From NCBI GenBank assembly GCA_964387845.1, contig CAYLXA010000007.1, positions 32,001-96,000 on the forward strand: 64,000 nucleotides of DNA. Direction: 5' to 3'. Origin of the DNA: an uncultured bacterium (GTDB lineage: Bacteria > Omnitrophota > Omnitrophia > Omnitrophales > Abzuiibacteriaceae). The notes below the pieces were generated by a model. That model was given only the letters and a program-made list of their open reading frames with translations, was not told where the DNA came from and made no database searches. Positions 37,192 through 46,384 of this stretch are shown here, one piece after another. Both the position numbers and the translations under genes were made by a program. Every line of letters starts with the position of its first letter. Position 1 is the first letter of the stretch.

Positions 37192-39567
37192 TCACTTTTT
37201 AACTACTACATTGTCATAAAAGGTATGCGCCCGATAACTTTTAAATCCAATTTTTCCTGACGAAAAAGCTGAGTCGGTAGCTTTAATTTTTAATACATCA
37301 TTGAGATAAACCTGGATTTCATTTCCTTTTGTCACAATCCGCAATTGATAAACCTTATCCTGCTGAACCAATGTTCGTTCACTGCCTAAATCAGCCACTA
37401 CCCCCTTTTGCTTCTTCTGCAGCTTAATTTCACGCCTTGATTTGTCTAATAAAACCGCATAATAATTGTTGGGGTCGTGATAATGAAAAACAAGTCCTGC
37501 CACATTATCCCCGACCAACAACTCCTTGCCCAACTTAATATCAGCTTGAAACATATAATCACGCCAATTGCTATTTCTGGACACCGAAATCGCATCCAGA
37601 AAATCGATGGTTTTTGCGCCGTAATCAATCTTAAATTGTCTTTCAATCGGCAAGCCAAAGCTGTAAAGTTTGGTATTGTGGGTAGAGTCTGCGGATCCTT
37701 GCCAATATGCTTCTGCTAAATCCCAGCGATATGAGCTTTTCTGCACTGCATGCACTTCCATATGATTTTTGTAAATTTCAACATAGCGATATTCTCCCAT
37801 ATTATTAAAACCGGTTGTATGAACATAATAAATATTATCTGATTTTTTTAAGCCGCTGACATGAGAATGCCCTGCAAATTCAGCCACAACACGCCCGCTG
37901 GCCTCCAGAATATCCTTAACATCGTTCGAATTCCCGCCGCCCCACCAATAACTAAAAGCGTCTCCATCGTCCCTGATCCTGGTATGTCCATAATGACAAA
38001 ATAAAATAACCCGTTTGTTCTTATTTGATGCCAACTGATGCCGCAGCCATTTTGTATAATTTAAAAAATCAGGATCATTCTTTTTACTACCATACGTTAC
38101 ACTTGAATCTTCAGTCAAAAAAAGAAAATCTCCATAACTCCAACCATAGAAACGTTTATCCGCACCAAAAACATCTGACCAGTGTTTGCCTTTTGGTGTT
38201 TTTCTTCGAAGGTCTTCGACCCAATCATGGTTTCCAAGAATGGGATAATACGGAATTAAAAGCTGATCAAAAGCATCTTTAACAATTCGCATTTCATCCG
38301 TCGTTCCACTATCAGTCAAATCTCCTGTAATTACGACAAAAGCTGGAAGCGGGAAATGCCGGCTCTTATTTGTATCGGAAACAAAATCGCGGAGGTCCTG
38401 CAGGTCTTGATCGTGATGATCACGGTAATGAGTATCGCTGAGTACCATAAAAGAAAACAAAGGCTTTTCCCTGACTTCAAGCAATAAAATGGTAGAATTT
38501 TGTCTGTCATTGACCGTGACCTTATAAGTTCCTAGTTCATTCAGATTCATGGAAAACGCATCCGGAAACGTTGCAGAACAACTTGATTGCCCCAAGCAGT
38601 CAGATGGATAAATCGGACCATAGATTTTCCCGGAAGGACTAACGATGGAAACCTGGATAGATTCAAAATCCAGGCTTGAGCTAAAACGAAGAGTTGTTTT
38701 ACCGTCTTGATAGAAATGCGGCGGCCATGCTTCAGCTTTCAATACCGGCAGGACTTCGATGTCATCAAATTCAAACATGCCCCCATAAGCTCCTAAACCG
38801 ATTGTGCCGGATGGAAACGAGCGATCATGCACAATTATATCCGGAATTTGATCTTCGGTTTTATCAAGCCAAATTTTAATTTCAGACCCGACAACCAAAG
38901 CAATAACATTATAAGCCTCTTTGTTCTCGGGAATGGCAACGCTAGCCAGCCGGTCACCAAATTTTCCATCAATTTTTTTATATAAATCAAGAATTCCTCT
39001 TCTCCGGAAAAGCAGAGCATAGGAATTGTCATCTTCCTTATTCGCCATCGTAAGCCGGAAATAAAGAATGGCGGCCCCAAAATCACCAGGGGCTTTCTTG
39101 CACGCAATGCTAGCTTGAATTCGATAGTCAGACCACTGCATAAATTTTTTGTCAGAAGGAATGCTTAAGGCAATGTCGGAACCTTTCGTTATATACCGAT
39201 CATTTTCAATGATAAAAACTCCCCGTTTATTAGCCCACAATTGATTGCTAGTAGTATTACTATTAAAATTATCAAAAAATAATGTTTGCGAATCTTTTGG
39301 TTCAAATCCTGCGCTTGGATTATCCGGGACTATTTCATAACTGTCGCCCACGGTTCTCTGCTGATATTCTCCATTGATCTGGACCCAGGCGCCGGACACA
39401 GCCTGCCAATGAGCAGGATTTACGGCTGAGAAATCGTCTGAAAAGACAACTGATGTTTGTTCAATATTTTGAGAGCAACCGGCCGCTAGAGCAAGAATAA
39501 TCCATACGGCTTGGGTTAATAAATGGTGGGTCACTTTTCCAGAAATTCCCTGAGAGAGTAATTTCAT
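37192..39567 (-). CDS. DUF1080 - metallophosphoesterase - DUF1080 lipoprotein, paralog B
   Basis: 791 aa. Lipobox LAAGC. Same motif set as paralog A (VLSDTHYRD, GNHDW, GHSH). Roughly 50% aa identity to paralog A along the whole length. Confidence 0.7.
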   Translation of the reverse strand: MKLLSQGISGKVTHHLLTQAVWIILALAAGCSQNIEQTSVVFSDDFSAVNPAHWQAVSGAWVQINGEYQQRTVGDSYEIVPDNPSAGFEPKDSQTLFFDNFNSNTTSNQLWANKRGVFIIENDRYITKGSDIALSIPSDKKFMQWSDYRIQASIACKKAPGDFGAAILYFRLTMANKEDDNSYALLFRRRGILDLYKKIDGKFGDRLASVAIPENKEAYNVIALVVGSEIKIWLDKTEDQIPDIIVHDRSFPSGTIGLGAYGGMFEFDDIEVLPVLKAEAWPPHFYQDGKTTLRFSSSLDFESIQVSIVSPSGKIYGPIYPSDCLGQSSCSATFPDAFSMNLNELGTYKVTVNDRQNSTILLLEVREKPLFSFMVLSDTHYRDHHDQDLQDLRDFVSDTNKSRHFPLPAFVVITGDLTDSGTTDEMRIVKDAFDQLLIPYYPILGNHDWVEDLRRKTPKGKHWSDVFGADKRFYGWSYGDFLFLTEDSSVTYGSKKNDPDFLNYTKWLRHQLASNKNKRVILFCHYGHTRIRDDGDAFSYWWGGGNSNDVKDILEASGRVVAEFAGHSHVSGLKKSDNIYYVHTTGFNNMGEYRYVEIYKNHMEVHAVQKSSYRWDLAEAYWQGSADSTHNTKLYSFGLPIERQFKIDYGAKTIDFLDAISVSRNSNWRDYMFQADIKLGKELLVGDNVAGLVFHYHDPNNYYAVLLDKSRREIKLQKKQKGVVADLGSERTLVQQDKVYQLRIVTKGNEIQVYLNDVLKIKATDSAFSSGKIGFKSYRAHTFYDNVVVKK

Positions 39568-39736
39568 TGCAATCGCCTACCGCACTGTGCCATCGAAAAT
39601 GGTCGGAGCGAGAGGGGTCATGCGGTACGAGGCATTCCTTGTGCCGCGACAGCACGCACTCACGCATCGGCGTGAGTGTCACGTTCTCGCCCACGATTTC
39701 GGTAGCTCCACGTCGCAGCTTCGCTGCTCCTGGAGC

Positions 39737-39790
39737 GATACTCGCCTATCATTGCTATTCACCTAGAACTATCTACTGTAGGCGAGTATC
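39737..39790. repeat. 12-bp-stem hairpin (GATACTCGCCTA / TAGGCGAGTATC, 30-nt loop) abutting the tRNA-Pro 3' end
   Basis: Perfect inverted repeat read directly. The right arm overlaps the tRNA discriminator base. Confidence 0.6.
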
Positions 39791-39862
39791 GGGGCGAGAG
39801 GAGTTGAACCTCCGACCTCACGGTCCCGAACCGTGCGCTCTACCAAGCTAAGCTACGCCCCG
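39789..39862 (-). tRNA. tRNA-Pro (anticodon CGG), CCA not encoded
   Basis: Hand fold: CGGGGCG UA GCUU AGCUUGGUA GAGC G CACGG UUCGGGA CCGUG AGGUC GGAGG UUCAACU CCUCU CGCCCCG A. 7-bp GC-rich acceptor stem. Anticodon loop UU-CGG-GA. Confidence 0.75.
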
Positions 39863-39914
39863 ATGTTTGCCTACTTTAGAACTTCCCAGATGTTTATTCA
39901 TTAAAGGCAAACAT
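39863..39914. repeat. 10-bp-stem hairpin (ATGTTTGCCT / AGGCAAACAT, 32-nt loop) abutting the tRNA-Pro 5' end
   Basis: Perfect inverted repeat immediately upstream of the tRNA 5' end on the transcript strand. Confidence 0.55.
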
Positions 39915-39915
39915 C

Positions 39916-39945
39916 GCCCTGATGCGGCTTGTGCTGAATCAGGGC
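39916..39945 (-). terminator. possible terminator-like hairpin downstream of the gshA-like gene (GCCCTGAT-N14-ATCAGGGC)
   Basis: 8-bp GC-containing stem ~60 nt after the gshA stop. Followed by GAUGUUUG rather than a clean U-tract. Confidence 0.25.
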
Positions 39946-40007
39946 TTCGCCAATTCGAATAAGTCCAGATATGGTCTAAAAAGAAGATTGATAATATACC
40001 AAGGAGG

Positions 40008-41375
40008 TTAGATTTTCAAATACTGAATCAACGCCTTTCGGCTCTTGCCGAACGAACCCTTCCAAAGCGAAACCAATTGATCCGCTTGGGTTTTCCCGGT
40101 TTTTAGAACTTCATGCTTCAAAGGCTCCAGGAAAATCCGCTCATCCTGCTCCGCCGCGTTGAAAGACGGATGCTTCTCGAGGCCTTTTTCGCTTAACTTC
40201 ACAAGCTGCTTGGCAATATCCAAAATGGGTTTGCCTTTTACTTTTGCCTTCAGGCCTTGAGTTTCGACATCTTGATGAAGTTTGAGGAAATCTTTCTCGG
40301 TCCACTTTTTGATTAATGCGCAGGCTTCAAGCCGCGCTTCATCGTCATACAAAATTCCCTTCCAGAACGCCGCAACCGCCGGAATCATATGCGAACGCTG
40401 GCCGTCAGCGCCGCGGATTTCCAAATACTGCTTGAAACGCGCTTCCGGAAATACGGTGCTTAAATGAAGCGCGAAATCTTCCTCGGTGGCATGTTCGCCG
40501 CGAAAACCTTTTTCGATGAATTTCCGGAATGTTAAATTCGGAATATTAATCCATTTCCCTTTTCGAACAATGAACATCATCGGAAGGTCTAATAAATAAT
40601 TTAAATATGCATCGAATGAAGCTTGCGGGCACAGAAGCTTTTCCAAGAGGCCGGAGCGCTGGGGATCCGTGTAACGCCAAATATGGAGCCGTTCGGTCGC
40701 AAATCCGCTCGGGCGGCCCTTCGAGAATGAGGAATTGGCAAACATTGCCGATACGATGGACGCGAGGCGCATCGCGATGCACATTTTTTCAAACGCGTCA
40801 TGTTCGCTCGAATAATCAAACGAGACTTGATTGGAAGCCGTCCGCTTCATCATGTCGTGCGCCAGGCGGCCGCGCTTTCCCAAATATTTTGACATAATGC
40901 CGTAACGAAACTTCGGGACCCACTCGATTTTTGCAGTCTGGCTAAAAGGCTGGATTCCGTAAGCCAAAAATTCAATGTGGCCGATAAACTGCGCGACGGT
41001 TTTTAATTGAAAGAAAAAATCATCCAGTTGGGCGCGGATTTGATGAACGCTTTTAACGGGCTCAGCGCTCAGTTCGATTTGACCTCCGGGTTCCAATGCA
41101 ACAAAATTAGAACCCTTCTTCAAACCGATCGTATGATCATTTTCGATGATTTTTTCGTAGCCGAATTCATACGCCAGTTCATTCAATACTGCTTCAATAC
41201 CCCGCATTCCCGAATATGGGAGCGCTTCACCGGTTTTATCGTCAACGGCCAACAGTTCGCACTCAACGCCCACCAGCCGCTCGGAAGTCGGCTTGGCAAA
41301 ACGGTGAAAATATTGCTGTAAAACATTAACTGATTTAAGGCGCTTTTGATGGTCTGACTGAAGAAATGTGCTCAT
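40008..41375 (-). CDS. glutamate--cysteine ligase, GCS2 (plant/alpha-proteobacterial) type
   Basis: 455 aa. N-terminal VGVECELLAVD block and overall collinearity with GCS2-family gamma-glutamylcysteine synthetases. Divergent partner gshB. Confidence 0.7.
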   Translation of the reverse strand: MSTFLQSDHQKRLKSVNVLQQYFHRFAKPTSERLVGVECELLAVDDKTGEALPYSGMRGIEAVLNELAYEFGYEKIIENDHTIGLKKGSNFVALEPGGQIELSAEPVKSVHQIRAQLDDFFFQLKTVAQFIGHIEFLAYGIQPFSQTAKIEWVPKFRYGIMSKYLGKRGRLAHDMMKRTASNQVSFDYSSEHDAFEKMCIAMRLASIVSAMFANSSFSKGRPSGFATERLHIWRYTDPQRSGLLEKLLCPQASFDAYLNYLLDLPMMFIVRKGKWINIPNLTFRKFIEKGFRGEHATEEDFALHLSTVFPEARFKQYLEIRGADGQRSHMIPAVAAFWKGILYDDEARLEACALIKKWTEKDFLKLHQDVETQGLKAKVKGKPILDIAKQLVKLSEKGLEKHPSFNAAEQDERIFLEPLKHEVLKTGKTQADQLVSLWKGSFGKSRKALIQYLKI

Positions 41376-41420
41376 AGATTTGCTTGTCTGTTCCCTTAAT
41401 CTCCGCTAAGATTTTACACT

Positions 41421-42380
41421 ATGAAACACTCGAACCGGAAAAATATTTTGTTCGTGATGGACCCGCCGGAGAAAATCCTGCTTGAATTTGACACCTCTCT
41501 GGCCATCATGATGGAAGCGATGGGCCGCAGCCACCGGGTTTTTTACACGGAACCGCATGAATTATCACTGGCCAATGGTGCATTGAACGGAATGGCGCGT
41601 GAGGTCGAGTCTGCCGGCCGAGAATCGGGATTTCGATTTAAGGCAGCACGCCTTTCTTCAATCAGTGAATTTGATGCGGTTTTGATACGCAAAGACCCGC
41701 CCGTTGATATTCACTATTTCAATATGCTTTACTTGCTGGATTATGCCGTGAAAAAAACTTTGGTCATTAATTCCCCTTCCGGCATCCGCCAAGCCAATGA
41801 AAAACTTTTTCCGTTTTACTTCAAAGATTTGATGCCGCCTTCCGTCGCCACATCACAAGAATCTGAGATTCTAAAATTTCAGGAGCACGTCAATTCCGAT
41901 GTCATTTTAAAACCGCTCAACCGAAAAGGCGGTGAAGGAATTTTGCTTTTAAAAAAATCGGCTTCGGCAAAATCAAAATCTGAAAAGATCAAGAAAGTCA
42001 CACGCGGCGGTTTGGAAACCATTTTGGCCCAGAAATTTATCAAAGCAGGAATCACGGAAGGCGACCGGCGGATTTTATTGTGGGACGGTGAAATCCTGGG
42101 CGCTTTCGGCCGTGTGCCGAAATTCGGCGAATATCGCTCCAATCTGTCGCTTGGCGGATCGATGAAGAAAATCGAAGCAACCAAGCAAGAACAAAGAATG
42201 GTTCAGAAATTGAGACCGACTTTAAAAAAGCTGGGCCTTATTTTTGTCGGAATCGATATGATTGACGGCTGGATGACCGAAATCAATGTCACAAGTCCTG
42301 CCGGCATTACGGAAATTGACGAACTTTATAATGCACATGTTGAATCCCGCGTTTTAGATTCGTTGGAAAAATGGATGTAG
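41421..42380 (+). CDS. gshB: glutathione synthetase (prokaryotic ATP-grasp type)
   Basis: 319 aa. N-terminal GSH-synthase domain (ILFVMDP...) and ATP-grasp C-terminal half (VILKPLNRKGGEGILLL). Confidence 0.85.
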   Translation: MKHSNRKNILFVMDPPEKILLEFDTSLAIMMEAMGRSHRVFYTEPHELSLANGALNGMAREVESAGRESGFRFKAARLSSISEFDAVLIRKDPPVDIHYFNMLYLLDYAVKKTLVINSPSGIRQANEKLFPFYFKDLMPPSVATSQESEILKFQEHVNSDVILKPLNRKGGEGILLLKKSASAKSKSEKIKKVTRGGLETILAQKFIKAGITEGDRRILLWDGEILGAFGRVPKFGEYRSNLSLGGSMKKIEATKQEQRMVQKLRPTLKKLGLIFVGIDMIDGWMTEINVTSPAGITEIDELYNAHVESRVLDSLEKWM

Positions 42381-42397
42381 CCGCAATAAGCCGGAAT

Positions 42398-44215
42398 TTA
42401 TCTGGCGGCAGTAACGGGAATGGAAGGATTTGCGGGCGAACTAACAACTTTCTTTGCGGCGGTTTCTTTTTGCTGGTTAATTTTGTCCGTCTTTAATTTA
42501 CTCTCCGGCTCTTCATTCGGAAAATAACCCAAGTAACGCAAGCTGTCTTCAATCACCTCCTGAAAAACCGGTGCAGCCACGACACCGCCGTAATAAGCGC
42601 CGCGCGGCTCATCAATCACAACGAGCATCGCCAACATGGGGTTATCGGCCGGTGCATAGCCCACGAATGAGCCCACATGCTTAGAATGTGAGTAAGTGCC
42701 ATTCTCCAGTTTTTGTGATGTGCCGGTTTTCCCCGCAACTTTAATTCCTTTGATGGCGGCAGCTTTTCCGGTTCCGCCCTCACCCACTACGAGTTGAAGC
42801 ATTTCATTAATCACTTCTGCTGTTTCCGGCTCCACCACCATTTGCCGGACCATCGGCTCCGTTTGTTTTAAAACAACACCTTCGTTATCTTTAATTTCAC
42901 GAATCATAAACGGCCGCACAAGCCGGCCGCCGTTTGCGATCACAGAAACCGCGTTCAACATCTGCATACCGGTCGCCGCAACTTCTTGGCCGTACGGAAC
43001 CGATGTAATAGAAATCTTGGACCATTTATTCAAAGGATGCACAATGCCGTTTACTTCGCCGGGCAAATCAATACCGGTTTGCTGTCCAAAGCCGAACTTA
43101 CGGATATATTCATAAAGTCCTTTTTCACCAAGCCGCATCGCGATTTTGACCGTACCGATGTTGCTTGATTTTTGCATGACTTGGGGAAATGTGAGCATGC
43201 CGTAAGGATGGACGTCGTGGATCACGCGGGATCTTGTGATTTGCCAAGTCCCTTTTTCGCAGTTAAATTGATCCGCAATCGACACTTTTCCGGCATCAAA
43301 CGCCGCAGCGGCTGTCACAATTTTAAAAACAGAGCCGGGTTCATAAATATCCGTGATTGCGCGATTACGCCGCTCAGCCGGGTCGCCCGCGCTGATGCTT
43401 TCGTTTGGATTAAACGTGGGCCGGTTCGCCATGGCCAAAATTTCACCCGTATTCGGATTCATCACAACCGCTGAAGCGCCCTTGGCTTTCCATTTTTTGA
43501 AAGCTTCATCGAGGCTTCGCTCTGTCAGATATTGGATATATTGATCGATCGTGAGCGTGATGTTGGCTCCGTCCACCGGCGGCACCAACTTTTCTTCAAA
43601 CGCGACGACTTCGCGGCCCAACGCATCCCGCTTCGTGAACCGGTAACCGGTCCGGCCCTTCAGAAATTTATCGTGGATCATTTCGATGCCTTCAATGCCC
43701 TGATTGTCGATATCACAGAATCCGATGATGTTGGCAAACAACTCGCCGTTCGGATAAAGCCGTTTATTCTCATAAACAATCCCGAGCTTCTGGCTCTTCA
43801 TATCGCGGATGGCGTCGGCTTCTTTTTGGCTTGCGTGGCGCTTGAGCCACACAAACGCTTTGTCGCGTTCGATCCGTGACATGATAAACGCCTTGTCCTT
43901 GTCCAGGATTTTTGAGAGTGTGCGCGCCATTTCTTCTTTGTCGCGAATTATACGCGGCACCGCGTAAATCGAAGGAACTTTGATGTTCATCGCCAGCTCT
44001 TTCATGTTCCGGTCGAGGATCCGGCCGCGGTTTTGTTTGATTTCAACCACGAGGCTGTGCTGGCGGTCAACAAGCTGAAGGAGGGCGTCGCGTTCAATAA
44101 AGCTGAGGCGGATAAGCTGGCCCGTAATGAGCAGGAAAATGGCGATGACGCCTATGTGGATAACCCAAAACCTTCTTTCAGAAATTCGGGCTAGCATATG
44201 GGATGCCGGTGTCAA
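42398..44215 (-). CDS. ftsI: penicillin-binding protein (peptidoglycan D,D-transpeptidase, FtsI-like)
   Basis: 605 aa. N-terminal TM, PBP dimerisation domain, transpeptidase motifs SxxK (SVFK), SxN (SSN), KTG(T) (KTGTS). Directly follows ftsL-rsmH-mraZ. Confidence 0.88.
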   Translation of the reverse strand: MTPASHMLARISERRFWVIHIGVIAIFLLITGQLIRLSFIERDALLQLVDRQHSLVVEIKQNRGRILDRNMKELAMNIKVPSIYAVPRIIRDKEEMARTLSKILDKDKAFIMSRIERDKAFVWLKRHASQKEADAIRDMKSQKLGIVYENKRLYPNGELFANIIGFCDIDNQGIEGIEMIHDKFLKGRTGYRFTKRDALGREVVAFEEKLVPPVDGANITLTIDQYIQYLTERSLDEAFKKWKAKGASAVVMNPNTGEILAMANRPTFNPNESISAGDPAERRNRAITDIYEPGSVFKIVTAAAAFDAGKVSIADQFNCEKGTWQITRSRVIHDVHPYGMLTFPQVMQKSSNIGTVKIAMRLGEKGLYEYIRKFGFGQQTGIDLPGEVNGIVHPLNKWSKISITSVPYGQEVAATGMQMLNAVSVIANGGRLVRPFMIREIKDNEGVVLKQTEPMVRQMVVEPETAEVINEMLQLVVGEGGTGKAAAIKGIKVAGKTGTSQKLENGTYSHSKHVGSFVGYAPADNPMLAMLVVIDEPRGAYYGGVVAAPVFQEVIEDSLRYLGYFPNEEPESKLKTDKINQQKETAAKKVVSSPANPSIPVTAAR

Positions 44216-44218
44216 TCG

Positions 44219-44602
44219 CTAACGCGACATTTTGGCCTGGGCTTCTTTAATAAACCCAACCACCGACGTAAGGCTCTTTTTCAGGAGCGGTGAATATTCC
44301 GAGTTCGGAACGGGCTCTTCCATGATTCTGGAAGAAGGCACCGGCACCCGGATGGTTTTTACTTTTTCCGGAGCCACCAGGCCGACGTCTTTTTCGCGGC
44401 GCTTTTTGTCTAAGTAATTGAGTGATTTTAAATGGGAAACTTCAAACTTGAGTTCGCGGTATTGGTCGGAAAGTTTCGAAAGTTTTTTTTCCTTTTCCGC
44501 GATGCTGTAGGAAACACGGAACACTTCCGTCTGAAGATGCACATAGCACAGCATCACAAACGTAACCGAAATAATGAGTGAAATCATGTTTTTGAATAAC
44601 AT
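44219..44602 (-). CDS. ftsL: cell division protein FtsL
   Basis: 127 aa. Single TM (LIISVTFVMLCYV) followed by coiled coil. Sits between rsmH and ftsI. Confidence 0.55.
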   Translation of the reverse strand: MLFKNMISLIISVTFVMLCYVHLQTEVFRVSYSIAEKEKKLSKLSDQYRELKFEVSHLKSLNYLDKKRREKDVGLVAPEKVKTIRVPVPSSRIMEEPVPNSEYSPLLKKSLTSVVGFIKEAQAKMSR

Positions 44603-45532
44603 TTAATTTTCCGTCTTCCTTTTTTCCGCAATTCTTAATTTTGCACTGCGTGCACGGTCGTTGGCTTCGATTTCTTGCTCGCCCGGCACGATCGGTTTTT
44701 TGTTAATCAAGAGCAAATTGCCTTTTTCTTTCTCGGCCCGGAAGAAATTCTTAACGATCCTGTCTTCGAGCGAATGAAACGTGATGACCGCAACCCGCCC
44801 GCCGGGCTTCAAAACCTTTAACGCTTGAGCGATGCCTTCTTCCAGCACTTCCAACTCCCCGTTCACCGCAATCCGGAGCGCTTGAAATACGCGCGTGGCC
44901 GGATGCAGCCTGCCGTACCTAACTTTGGCCGGAACCCGGCTTTCAATTAATTCCGCAAGCTCTCGGGTGGTCCGGATCGGTTTTGCTTGCCGCGCTTCCA
45001 CAATCCATCTTGCAATCGTGCGCGATTTTCTTTCTTCGCCGAAGTGAAAGAACAAATCTGCCAACTCTTTTTCGGATAAGCCCGCCACCAAATCTGCGGC
45101 GGTCACTCCGCCCGATTGATCCATCCGCATATCAAGCGAGCCGTCAAAACGAAAACTAAAACCGCGTTCCGGCGTATCGAATTGATAGGATGAGACGCCG
45201 ATATCTAGTAAAACGGCATCTACAGATAAAACCTTAGATTGCGCTAGGATTTCACCCAGATTTCTGAAGTTGCTTTTAGCTAAAATAAGCTGATGCGAAA
45301 ACGCTTGGAGCCGCTTGCGGCACCGGTTGATCGCTTCTTCATCTTGATCAAGGCCGATGAGAATTCCTTTTGGACCGATTTTTTTCAGAATTTCTTCCGC
45401 GTGGCCGCCGCCGCCCAGAGTGCCGTCAAGGACAACGGAACCTGCTTTTAAGCAAAGTCCTTCGAGGGTTTCTTGCAGCAAAACCGGGATATGGACGGAT
45501 GATCGGGCCGCATTAGACACGGGACGCTTCAT
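44603..45532 (-). CDS. rsmH: 16S rRNA (cytosine1402-N4)-methyltransferase
   Basis: 309 aa. HIPVLLQE, DGTLGGGGH SAM-binding motif, ITFHSLEDRIVK. Confidence 0.9.
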   Translation of the reverse strand: MKRPVSNAARSSVHIPVLLQETLEGLCLKAGSVVLDGTLGGGGHAEEILKKIGPKGILIGLDQDEEAINRCRKRLQAFSHQLILAKSNFRNLGEILAQSKVLSVDAVLLDIGVSSYQFDTPERGFSFRFDGSLDMRMDQSGGVTAADLVAGLSEKELADLFFHFGEERKSRTIARWIVEARQAKPIRTTRELAELIESRVPAKVRYGRLHPATRVFQALRIAVNGELEVLEEGIAQALKVLKPGGRVAVITFHSLEDRIVKNFFRAEKEKGNLLLINKKPIVPGEQEIEANDRARSAKLRIAEKRKTEN

Positions 45533-45555
45533 GCGCGCTGAAAGCGCCCTTGGGT

Positions 45556-45900
45556 TTAATGAGCTGATCCGAAACTCTGGATCGCTTCCGTTTTGGAGGC
45601 AAATGTAATAATGAAGCGCTCAAGGCCCAGCCGGTTAAACGTTTCCGAAATTTCAGGACGCGCAATCACGCGCAGCTCTTCGCCGCGTTTGGCGTGAATT
45701 TTCTGAAGCCGTTCGATGAGGATGCCGATCCCCGCAAAATCAAAACGTTTTGCTTTTGCGAGATCAAGAATGAAGCGCCGGTTGCGCTGATTAAGATAAC
45801 GCGAAATGCGGCTTTTCATGTTCACCATCGTCGCTGCATTCAAGTCGCCGTTGCATGTGAGAACGCTGATATTCGATTTATGATTTCCGTTTGCGCGCAT
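45556..45900 (-). CDS. STAS domain protein (anti-sigma-factor antagonist, SpoIIAA-like)
   Basis: The start is probably MRANGNHKSNISVLT, 4 nt after the mraZ stop. ISVLTCNGDLNAATMVNMKS...RFILDL...FDFAGIGIL fits the STAS/SpoIIAA fold. Confidence 0.6.
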   Translation of the reverse strand: MRANGNHKSNISVLTCNGDLNAATMVNMKSRISRYLNQRNRRFILDLAKAKRFDFAGIGILIERLQKIHAKRGEELRVIARPEISETFNRLGLERFIITFASKTEAIQSFGSAH

Positions 45901-45904
45901 GATA

Positions 45905-46384
45905 TTAATCCCCCTTTTGTTTTGGCCGTTCAATCAGTTGTTCCGCAAGTTCTTCAAATGAGTTCAGGTTGCCTTTAAAAAATTCGTCCCACTTCTCTTT
46001 CGCCCAAATTTCGATACGGTCCGAGACGCCGATGATGACGACATCCGTCTTAATGTCTCCGTATTCCTTTAAATAAACCGGAAGTAAAATTCTGCCCTGC
46101 TTGTCGCACACCACTTCCACTGCCCCTGAAAAATAAAGCCTGTTGAATTTCCTGGATTCCTGGCGTGTAAACGGGACTTCGCGGAATTTCTTTTCCTGGT
46201 TTTTCCATTCTTCTTCGGTAAACACAAACAAGCAGCGATCGAGGCCGCGCGTCACGAAAAACTTTTCGACGTAGTTCTCTTTGAAAATTTCCCGGAATTT
46301 CGCGGGAATAATCACGCGATCTTTTGCATCTAACGAATGTCTGTATTCACCGTAAAACATCCACAATCTCCCACTTTGTACCAC
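45905..46384 (-). CDS. mraZ: transcriptional regulator MraZ
   Basis: 159 aa. Two tandem MraZ repeats (RVIIPAKFRE... and RILLPVYLKE...). Confidence 0.88.
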   Translation of the reverse strand: MVQSGRLWMFYGEYRHSLDAKDRVIIPAKFREIFKENYVEKFFVTRGLDRCLFVFTEEEWKNQEKKFREVPFTRQESRKFNRLYFSGAVEVVCDKQGRILLPVYLKEYGDIKTDVVIIGVSDRIEIWAKEKWDEFFKGNLNSFEELAEQLIERPKQKGD

